From Takakia lepidozioides (lineage: Eukaryota > Plantae > Bryophyta): a stretch of 64,000 nucleotides of DNA. Location: contig CM060732.1 in the NCBI GenBank assembly GCA_030704615.1, forward strand, positions 37,448,001 to 37,512,000, in the 5' to 3' direction. The position numbers were made by a program, and so were the translations under genes. Below, in pieces: positions 53,659 to 64,000 of the stretch (the first letter of the stretch is position 1; each line of letters begins with the position of its first letter). Below the pieces are notes generated by a model. The model did no database searches and was not told the DNA's origin. It worked only from the letters and a program-made list of their open reading frames with translations.

Positions 53659-56600
53659 CTTGTCTTCTTGGAACATTTGAGGTCTCGGTTCTGACCAGAT
53701 GGCCCTTAAAAAAGTCAAACTTTCAGCTTGGCTAAGCCCCCTCATCCCCTCTCAAGCGATAGTTTTCCTTCAGGAACACAAGCTTTGCGATAGAAAAATA
53801 CACAATCTCACCAACCAGCTGTGGCCTAAGTCTGTGTCTCTCTGGAAACCCTCTTACGAGGGCACTAAAGGAGGTACAGCCATCCTCCTATCCCCTTCCC
53901 TCTTTCAACTCATTGTCAAGGAAGAGATATGGGAACCAGGCAGAGCCCAGTTCTGCTCCCTTCAACTCCCCAATGACCCTGAACCATTAGGCCTCATTAA
54001 TATCTACGCTCCAAACGACTCTCTTGAAAGAGCAACCTTCTGGGACAACTTAGGCTACCTTATGGCGCAACAACATAGCATCGGTAAATGGATTCTAGCC
54101 GGTGATTTTAACATGGTGGAAAACGAATGTGACAAATTAGGCAGAGTCTCTCATAACCTCAACCCTGCTAAAGAGCGTGCCTAGCAATGCTTAACCCAAA
54201 CCCACAATCTTGCTGAAGTAGAAAGGCCTCCACATAATCCAGCTTCTTCAAGCCCCTTCTTTACCTGGACAAACAATAGAGGAGTTAATGACCTTTGCGT
54301 GGCTAGACTAGACAGATTCTACATCTCCATCTCTCTTGCTCCGGGGATATACAGGTGCCCTCAAGAGCCGATTCACTTTGGGTTCGATCATGCCTTAGTT
54401 ACTGCCACCCTAACTCTACCCAACTCACACCCCAGAGGAAGAGGGATCTTCAAACTCAATGCTTCCCTCCTTAAGATGGCCTCCTTCACTGAAGGTCTCA
54501 AGAATGCCTGGCTTTCCACAGGCAACCAGTCTCAATGTCCGATTCTAAGGTTCCAAGCCAAGCTTGCTGCAACGTGCTAAATTAGTCAAATCCTTAGTAA
54601 AGAAATCGCAGACGCTCGCAAAAGGAAGGAACTAGCCCTGAAAAAGTGCCTTGGAATTTGTCAGAAGAAAATAGAGGCTCGTACCTGTGATGCTCATACC
54701 TTTCAAACGTACCTTGAAGCTCGCCTCAATCTTGACAACTTTCAGCTTCTCCAGGAGAACAAAATGAGGATGCAGGCTGGTATTAACTGGTCTACCAAGG
54801 GTGAAAAAATGCACAAATACTTTTTCCAAAAAGTGAAGCAGCAAAGAGCCAACCAAACCATTTCCCAGCTTCACATTGATCCCCAGGGTACCTTGTCTTC
54901 CAACCCTAAGCTTATGTGTTCGTCCGCGTTTTCTCACTTCACTACACTGTTTCAGGCTGACCCTAAGGACGCTTCATACCTAGACAGACTTCAAGATTGT
55001 CTTTCTTCTATTCCCCTTAAGCTTAAACCAGAGGACGCTACCACACTTCAGGAAGACCTCTCCCCGCAAGAGCTCGAAGATGCTCTTAAAGCCATGAACA
55101 CAACAAGGCGCCTGGGCTTGATGGCATGCCAGTAGAATTCTACAAAACCCTTTGGACTACCATATCCAAAGACTTCTGTGATATGGCAAACGCCATCAAG
55201 GCCCAAGTATTCATGCCGGAATCTATGAACCAGGGGGTTATAGCTTTGCTTTACAAGAAAGGAGATAGGGCATGTCTCGGCAACTATAGGCCCATTACCT
55301 TACTCAATGTAGCCTACAAGATCATTGCTAAAACCCTGGCTCTTCGGATCCAGCCTCTTCTCCCTTCTTTGATAAGACCAGGGCAAGCGGGCTACATCAA
55401 GGGTAGGTACATCCTAGATAATGTTCTTCTGGCTCAGGAAGCCAACTCCTACTCCGCCAACACAGGTCAAGCTCTGACCCTTTGGCTCTTAGACTTCGAA
55501 AAGGCCTTTGACAAGGTAGATTGGTCTTTCTTGATGGCAATCCTAAAAAAGACAGGCCTTCCACCCTTCTTTTGTCAATGGGTTCAGATCCCATTACAAG
55601 GGGCCAGTAGCAGGGTCATAGTCAACGGACACCTTACCAAACCCTTTCCTCTTCAAAGGTCGGTAAGGCAGGGGTGCCCGCTGGCTCCATTTCTCTGTTC
55701 CTGTTTGTGGCAGATGCCCTAGGATACATGTTAGACGACAATCCTTTGGTGGAAGGCCTCAAATTAGTGAACCCCAGAACTAACCTCGCGAGACACATAA
55801 AGGACTCTGTGTTCATTGACGACACCTTTCTCTTGCTTCAGGCAGATCACTCCTCCCTAGCAGCAGCAGAAAACACCTTATCTCGATTTTGCAGCGTTTC
55901 TGGGTTTAAGGTCAATTGGTCCAAAACCAAAGTTCTACTTCTAGGGGACACCTCCAAGTCTACAATTGGAACTACCCCCACCTGGGGAGATCACTTGGGC
56001 CTAGTTTGGCTCAAACAGGGAGAGCCTACCAAGCTATTTGGCCACACATTTGGAATCAACCTCACTGAAGATCAAAGAATAGGCCCTACAGTTCAGAAAC
56101 TTAAACGCCATGTATCCTACTGGGGTTCTTGCCACCTCTCCATCACTGGTAGGGCTCTGGTAGCCAACCAGATCCTCTTGGCGGGAATCTGGTACTTTGC
56201 CTCCACTTGGGGACCAGAATAAAAAATCATTAAGGAGGTCAAAAGGTTGATCCGGAATTTCATCTGGGGAGCCAACTCCGCAGCGGAAGGCAAAAGACCT
56301 CAATTCTCTTGGGCCCAGATATGTCTTCCCAAAAAGTTGGGCGGTCTAGGGGTGCTTGATCCAGAAAAACAAATCATGGCACTTCTAGCAAAATGGATCC
56401 CAAGATACCTTGGACCAGAAGGTGGATGGTGGAAACTTATGATATCTGAGACCACTTTTTCATCCTCTCCTCTGGCCTGCATCCTGCCGCTGGATTGTTC
56501 AAGGCTTCAATCATAAGTCACCTGGCTCTCCTCTCTGGGCTTCCATCTGGAAATCTTGGAACAGCCTAAGAGGTTTGCTCTTAAAAAAGGAGCCCACCAC

Positions 56601-57947
56601 ATTCTCTGAAACATTGAGGCAACATCTGTTCCTTAACACCCCCACCCCCTCAATGGAAGATCGTGGGCTGGCAAAGAGATGGGCAACTTGGGAATCCAGG
56701 GGGTTTTCTTCGGTCAGGCATCTCTGGGAGAGCACCTCTCATTCCCTTCAACAAGCTCTGGGCTCTACGAGACTCCGCTCTGGTATACAACTCATTATCC
56801 AATCAATACCGGACTCATGGAAGCTGCTGCTCAAAGATGGCCCTGATCCTCTTAAACCTCACCAGTGGGTGCTAACAAACCCCCCTTCCCTGGAGGTTAT
56901 CTACATTACGGAGGTCTCACAAGCACTCATAAATGGGTTTTGCTTCCAAGCAGATGACCTCTTAGGTCGTCTCTCCTTAAAGGGTAGGGATGTTGTCATT
57001 CTCCCTGCTTTCAATGTCTCCCATGCTAGAATCGGTCATTGGTCCACTCCCGAAAAAACCTTCAACCCAGTTGCTCCCAGAGGAACTCCCATCCTTTCCT
57101 GGTTACAAAAAGAAACCTTTGTCCTATTCAGGCACTCAGGCATCTGTTCGTTGCAACTGGACCCAGCTGAATGGTCTTGGTCCTTCCAGGATGAACAACA
57201 GCCTTTCTTCGCATACTCGGCCAAAAGAGGCTACAGAGCTCTGCTAGGTGCCAGACAATGGAATGACAAATGGAGTCATGAAGGTTTTAGAGAAGAGGAC
57301 TGGAAAGGGATTTGGGCTCAAGTATGGGAAAAATCGAAGTCAACCAAGACTTGTGCCTTTCTTTGGCAAGTTACGAACAGAGTTCTCAAGGTAGGCCAAT
57401 ATCTGAATTTTGAGGAGGCCCTACTCTGTCAATGCTGTTCCACTCAAACCATTGAATCGTTGGAGCATAGTCTAATCCACTGCCAAGCTCCCCGCACCAT
57501 CTGGCCATTGGTTTGGACCTTCTACACACCTTGGGAGGTCATGCCATCCACTTCGGTCAACATTCTCCTTAACTACAATCAACAAGGAAAAACCAAGGCG
57601 TTGACTATCCAGTCTTTGAATCTCTAAGAGGAGCAGTACTCTGGAATCTGTGGAAATGTCGTTGTGCTTGGACCCTCGATAGGGAGAACAGTAATGCCAC
57701 GGCAATCCTTACTATGGTCTTTTTTTATCTTACAATTGCTGCTAAGAAAGCCTGGGCCCTACTGTGTGCAGCAATTGCCAGTAAACCCGAACGCAAGTTC
57801 GCCCTACTCCAGACTTTCAGAGCCACTTGGGCCAATGACGGGATCATTTGTAGCTGCAATCACGATCTCACCTGTTCATGGGCAGAAAGCATCCCCTACT
57901 GCTGGCAGGGGTACAGAAATCACTTATTCGGCTTCACCAGAATTTGA
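53648..57947 (+). pseudogene. L1 ORF2 (endonuclease-reverse transcriptase-zinc finger), with multiple stops and frameshifts
   Basis: MQVSLSSWNI*GL, FLQEHK, NIYAPN, AGDFN, ARLDRFY, DHA; NYRPITLLN..YKI, LDFEKAFDKVDW, SVRQGCPLAP, FIDD; LPKKLGGLG; CQCC...ESLEHSLIHC. Confidence 0.93.
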
Positions 57948-58569
57948 GCGCTCGGAAGTCAATGTCAGATCCTCCTCCTCTACTCGTCTTCACTTCCATT
58001 CATAGGCATCTTACTCACAAATCTCTTCTGTCTCTTCGATCCGTTCCGGTGTACTCCACTTCATCGATCCCCCCCCCCCCCCCACCCCTCTCTCTCCGTT
58101 GCTCCGTTCAGTCCGACTCCCAGCCTCAGATCCTACAACGGTGTTCACAATCACCAACAAGTCAAAACCCTACAAGGGCTCGATCTCCTTAGGGCTCCAA
58201 CCCTAGTCCCCTCCCATAGTGTAGTATGGTCTAAGCTCGACTTAGGTAGGCTTATTTTCTTTTTTCTCAAACAAGTTGCTAGTACCCTTCGTGAAGTTGA
58301 TAACTCTATATTTTAGGCTACAACGCCTCTGAAATTCTGTGGTCTAGGACAGGCCTAGGTAAATGGCTCTCAGTTATGGTTCTTAGTCATCCGGCACGGT
58401 CTCCGTGCGATCACCCTCATGGCAGCCTTGTGGCATTCCAAGGGTTTTAATTTTTTTCCCTTCAAATAATTCCAATAAAGTTTCCAGGGCCAGACCCCTG
58501 TTTCTTAAGGAAAAATATAAATATAAATATATAAATATATAATATAATATAAATATAATATATAATTAC

Positions 58570-58872
58570 TTTCAAAATATCTGCACTTCTCGCAGAATTA
58601 TTGTACATAAATTTTAGACTCGGTTTATTTTTGGATAGTATTAATGTGATAGTGCTGTAATAAATCTCATGAATTTTTAAAAGCTAAAAGCATTTCACTT
58701 TTATTTTGTTTTTATCCAAAAATTCTTTTGCTTAAAAATGTAAGTATTTTTTGATCTCTAAGTTTCTTCTTTTTATTTTACTGTATATAAATAAAAAATA
58801 ATCAGGTAATAAAGTTCTCAGGACACCGTCCCTGTTCTGCCGGGAGGAAAAAAAAAAAAAAAAAAAAAAAAA
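58570..58872 (+). mobile_element. Short retroposed 3' end (L1-type AATAAAG-hairpin-polyA)
   Basis: AATAAAGTTCTCAGGACACCGTCCCTG followed by a long poly(A) run; same motif as the L1 end at 58474. 5' boundary uncertain. Confidence 0.55.
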
Positions 58873-59099
58873 CATTCATATAAGCCTATATAAGCATATG
58901 AATATTTACATGTGTAATAAGATTCATTTATGGGTGTTGTCCAACCAAGGTACATTCAAGCTAACATTTAAGTGGGGGAGGATTATCTGCTTCATGTAGG
59001 TATTATCTTGTGGAGGTACAATAGGATCTTACTCATTTTTGGCACCAATGCGTGGTCTCTCCCTTTTAGGGAGGAGCCAATAAAGTAAAGAAAAAATAA

Positions 59100-60750
59100 C
59101 CTTACAGATAGCCATGGAGGCAAAATGACTGAAGCCGTCTAAATATTTGTTGCGTTATTATCACAACTATCACAATATGCTACTTCATCTTCCATTGATG
59201 TCTTTTTACTTGAATATGCATCAATATTGCCTCTACTAGCAATGGTTGCAGTACACCCATGATTTTTAGATAACCATGGTATTTTTCTAGTCAAATGTCC
59301 ACTTCTTTTTTTATAAGGTGCACTTTGAAAATATGTGTAAGCTTGATATCTGCCATTCTAATCTTGTATTGTATCCAAAACATTTCACACATAGATAAGG
59401 TGAATATCGTCCACTTCAAGATCACCAAAATCGAAAAACATACGATCTCCTTAAAATGCACCGTTTCCACTGAAAACCACAAGTGACGTTGTTGTTGTTC
59501 TTAAGTTGGAGTATTTTGTATAACAGCCCATGTGTCCTTAATGCTTTCACAATATGGCTTAATTCTAGCTTTAAAATATTTTGGGACATCACTATAAACT
59601 ATATGAATCTCAATGATATCAGAAAAGCTAAATTTATGTTAAAGGTTTTTGGCATATAAGGACCTAAAAGCAATTTGAAATTTTGCTACAACATAATTCA
59701 CATCATTTGATTGACTTCGTTTTATCTTTAGCGAATTTGATTACATCACTCAATTGCTCGATGGAATGAATAACTACATTATCCACTATTATATTACATT
59801 GCATCTAACATTTTGTATAATACTTAAAATCAATTAGCCATGTTAGATGCAACGTACAAATAGAGGAACTTTGTAGCCCAATAGATCTAAGGCAATCTAC
59901 ACAAAATTTGTGGTAAATCATCCACCACAGCCCTTTTCGATTTAAAGACACAACTACTTGTTTAATTTTTTATTCAAAAAATCCAACAATAGTAGTACCA
60001 GTCAATGATCTATGACAACAAAAAAAATGTTATATAGAGTATTTTTAACGATAACCATGTATGGGGTTGCAACAATCTGTCATTCCTAGACTTTCATAGT
60101 CAAGTATGACAGTTTGAAGTTCGTTGCAATACCTCCCACTTAATAATAGGACATACGATATCTTCGCTTATCCAAAGCTTCATTGTCATCCCTTGGTTCA
60201 ACATCAACCATCATATGTCTTGCTTTTTTGTTGTCAAAGTTGTCACAAATGACTTCACATGCTTGCCATAACCAGTTCGTTGCATGATTAGCTCACATCA
60301 TAGCCTGGGCATTGATAGTCGGGGAATCCCTGGTGGAAATTAGATGATTTCTCTCCGGTCTACAGGCAGACAATCTACGGTTATACATTGATCTCCTCAA
60401 ACCAACTTATTGTCGCATGATTGGCTCCACAACCTGACATAGGCACTGATAGTTGGGGGACCCTTGGTTGAAAGTGCATGATCATTCTCCTACTAAACTG
60501 ATCAACTACAACGAGCTTGTTGCCAGGATTGAGCTCAGCTTCATAGCTCAGTGCACACCCTGGCTCACACGGACTTCACCCTTTGTCAACCGAATTAGCT
60601 GCCCAGCAGCCAATGTGATAAAGAGCCTAATGCTCCGGCTGACGTTGCATCTTCACGACTCCAGTAGTAGGTCACACCTTAACAACAACAATATTAAGTG
60701 TTTCTCATTCAGCCTACCCGCGACCTTATATCAGATTCCTCACCAGAGGT
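59100..60750 (-). pseudogene. Unidentified AT-rich decayed reading frames
   Basis: Stop-interrupted frames such as NYVVAKFQIAFRSLYAKNL*HKFSFSDIIEIHIVYSDVPKYFKARIKPYC and TSLVVFSGNGAF*GDRMFFDFGDLEVDDIHLIYV. Confidence 0.3.
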
Positions 60751-61127
60751 AATTGAACGACTTTGTACCTACGCCCGCACCAATGTATATTTTTTCTTTG
60801 TCTCTGCACTCAATTTGAGGTTGTTTACATTGTCACTCATCCTTTAGGAAGAGGGGAAGAAGTAGCTAGTTTACTGAAAGGATAACTATGCAATAATGCT
60901 TGTGTTTGTACTGTATTTATTGCAACTGGATTACAATGGATCAACCATACCAGTGCCATTCAACAAGGCTATCTTAAAGTGGGCAATGGAAACGAATAAA
61001 AATCCTTAAAAATGCAAAACTTTCTAAGGGCATCAAGTTCTTTAATACTTGTGGCCCACGTCATACGAGACATCTAATCATGCCCGGTTTGTGCTTTCTC
61101 CTTTCTCCTTTGTCTTATTCAGTAACT

Positions 61128-61395
61128 CCTAAACCCTAAACCGAATTTCGAAGACTAGTGAAGCATAGGTGGTCAAGAACAGATTTGAGGAAAAAGAGTT
61201 GCATGTCGAAACACAACTTACACACTTGCAACGACCCCGACAACTTGGAGAAATTTGACAAATTGTGAATCAAACCAAGTAAGTCTGACATGAATGCAGG
61301 TGTCAAATCTGCAATAGAATAATCTAGAAGGTCACAAACTTTTGGACCGAGTGGAGCTCCTCCTCCACCACCACTTTTGGGTTTGTTGTATAAAA
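61128..61395 (-). repeat. Paralog of the 3' part of the ubiquitin-fusion pseudogene (partner 4961-5278)
   Basis: Shared SGGGGA.LGPK..DLLDY.IADLTP.FM..LLG.I.NLSNFS.L..SLQ|GT exon end and the downstream intron, up to CCTAAACCCTAAA. Confidence 0.9.
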
Positions 61396-63205
61396 TGGGG
61401 GAGATCATAGATCTAACTTGATATTGGAAGATCCTTCATGAAACACCATAACAAACCCGAGGATGCCATGAAGGGAAGAACCACAAAGGCAATGAGAAAG
61501 AGGCCAAAGTGCCCGGATCAAGAAGCCAAATCTTAACATAGGGATGTCAAATCTTGTGGGTGCAGTTATGGGAATCAAGAATCTCCATTCGAGGATCTGA
61601 GTGAATTTCTCAACACAGAGGTACTGTAAATGTTGCAGGCCCATATAAGTTATGGCAGAAAACATCTCAGTAGTGTTAGACATTCACCATAGTTGGCAAC
61701 CTATGAGTTAGAAACGAAGAAATATTAGTTAATCAACATTTTTATGAAACCATAAAGTCAATAGATGTGTATGGAAATCATGATGTATGTGTCATGGCAA
61801 CTTAAAAGTAGATAATGCATATTTCTCAACATATTTTTTATCAACATACCTTGTTCAATTTGAAATCTTCCACAATTCATCATCTAGTACTCAGAAAACG
61901 AAAAAAAAACATATAGCAACCCGGAAGAAAACATGTGCATCTTGGTAGTCTAATGTTTTTCATGCATGATATACATTCTATGAAATCTCATGCCATCTCA
62001 AATATTGGAACCCTAGGGGGAAGGGGTAGGACCGGTTCATTGGGCAAAAAACAAAAATGTTGCAAAAAACTATACACGAAGAAATAAGACCATGACTACA
62101 AATAGTAGTACAATAGGTCAAATAAATTGGATTTTGTAGATGAATCACCTAAAGATGTGGTACATTCCATGACAACGCAGACCTAAAATTATGAAATTAA
62201 CATGAAACATGAAGAGATGGATAGTCAGTTTCATATCTTCATCGTTGTAGCCGTCATCTTTGGGGCATTTGCACATGCACATGGACAAGAAATACAATAT
62301 CGAAGAGATTATTTGAGATTTTTTTGGGTTTAACCACTGATGTGTAGTCTCTTGCTACAAAGGAGAGCCAAACAAAATGACATTGTTCACATATCATTTG
62401 TTAAGAATGAAAATGTTATTTAACATATACTTGCAGAGTTCAATGCAACTGCCTCAAAGTTGCCAAACAAGCTACATTATAATTATTTCGTCCCCCACAA
62501 TTCGACAAGCTTTTAAATCCTCTTATTCCTGTTGCATTGTATAATCAAAATGTGCACATCTATGTCGATTCAAATATCATCTAGACCAAAGATTCCTTAA
62601 TTAATGCTTTATTATATGAATGATATGTTTGCATTCACTAGAAAGAACTATCAACATATGTCAAATCATTTATTGTAATGTAATTTAATGCTAGATTAAT
62701 TTTATGGATATGAAAATAAATTTCCATCTAACTTTGAGCTTAAGATTGTCATTTTTAATCTTTAAAATTGAGAAAAAACTGGCAACGGATGCCATAAATA
62801 TATCAAAAAGAGAACAAAAGGGAATAAATAACCGCCCAAACGCCGTGAAGGCTTACACATGGCAGACCTCCCCATCAACTGTCCATCGTTGTAAATATAT
62901 TAATAGATGGTTCACAATTGAGCATTTGATAAGCTTTGACTATTTTAACACCATAATGCTCTTACAAATTGAGTTATCTAATGCCTTGAATATATGAAAA
63001 AGACTGCAATCCATCCAGGTAGGAAATTTAGCTTTAAGATCCTACCAAGCTAATATTTTTGTGTGTAAAATCATTGTATGGATTAACGTCCAAATAAATT
63101 AAATTATCAACATGTTTTAATGGTAGACGTCCGTAAACTTTTCATCCATGGAATTATAAGGCACACTTGGTAGATTTTGTGCTTTAGCTCATAGATTACA
63201 AAGCA

Positions 63206-64000
63206 TCAATATATGAAGTGAGACGTTTGTTTTGTTTTGTTTTGTTTTGTTTCGTAGCGTTGTTGAGATCTCCCAAACCGCGGGCCTGAGCATGGGTGCT
63301 TGGTGCCATTGGAAAGCCCTCGATGAGAGGGGTGCACTGGTTTGGTCTCATGATTTTTGGACAAGAGGTGAGGGAGATCTGGAATTCCAAGTACTTTGGG
63401 TCGCTGGAAATTCACAAAAAATAGCAAAAATGGCAAAGTGGGAATTCCTGGGACAATGGTTGGAGTCTCGACAGGAGAGATATCAAGGGAAAGGTCTCCG
63501 GTTCAAATCTGGTCGTAGGCTCCGTGGAAAAAAAAAACTTACTTAGATGAGATTGGGCCTCTTGCAAATTCGTGAAAAATAGCAAAGTGGGCATTCCTTG
63601 GAGAATGGTTGGAGCCTTGACGGGAGAGACAACAAGGGAGAGGTCTTCGGTTCAAATCTGGTCATAGGCTATGTGGAAAAAAATGATTAGATATGGCTAA
63701 ATCATTAGACTTAGATGACTTAAATGACAGTGGACACTTGGGCCAACGGCACAGGCTACGCTAGAGGTCGCACTTGGGCCTACCTTAGGAGACGCATTAG
63801 GATATATGTGAGATCTTGCGCTTGGGCTTAGATGACAGTGGGCATTTGGGCAAATGGCACAAGCTACCCTAAATGTCGCATTTGAGCCTCCACATAGGAG
63901 ACACACTTGCATATATAGGGGATAACACTTGGAGATATCAAGGGAAAGGTCTCCGGTTCAAATCTGGTCGTAGGCTCTGTGGAAAAAAAATGATTGGATA
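63206..64000 (+). mobile_element. Non-autonomous Helitron copy 3 (runs off the window)
   Basis: A|TCAATATATGAA 5' end, (GTTTT)n, body homologous to 7080-7480 and 8010-8200, internal hairpin+CTAG/CTAA units at ~63764 and ~63872. Confidence 0.75.

Larger units (their letters stand above)
50050..58515 (+). mobile_element. Near full-length, decayed L1-clade LINE (~8.4 kb; 5' boundary approximate)
   Basis: ORF1 (RRM/DUF4283-like + CCHC knuckle), ORF2 (APE, RT, zf-RVT), 3'UTR with AATAAA at 58474 and an A/AT-rich tail. Flanked on both sides by (TA)-rich tracts. Confidence 0.92.

Overview
Eukaryotic, intron-containing, transposon-rich land-plant nuclear DNA. It is most likely from a non-seed plant such as a moss; this is inferred from the gene content, including a probable sperm-flagellar gene, and is not proven. 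Three intact spliced genes can be assembled in phase: a 1903-aa BPP/At1g27850-type proline-rich, CaaX-terminated protein (11693-19716, +), RPL37a/eL43 (23381-24749, +) and RPL11/uL5 (46806-44291, -). A large multi-exon minus-strand gene with DIxGA/EIEGSKP and PLDPxY repeats plus an EF-hand (~43.6-31.0 kb) resembles cilium-associated proteins and looks damaged. Its 3' 3.3 kb is duplicated at 19.8-23.2 kb, an internal piece is inverted at 26.0-26.6 kb, and RPL37a sits between the duplicates. Mobile DNA comprises two CACTA elements, head-to-tail non-autonomous Helitrons with variable cargo, hAT and PIF/Harbinger-type non-autonomous elements, an ~8.4-kb decayed L1 whose ORF1 appears to carry extra C-terminal (possibly Nudix-like) domains, RTE-like LINE pieces associated with (CT)n tracts, and (CATTT)n-tailed LINE 3' ends. 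There is also a decayed di-ubiquitin fusion gene and several unassignable decayed reading frames. No rRNA, tRNA or CRISPR array was found. Family assignments come from motif recognition by eye, not from database searches.
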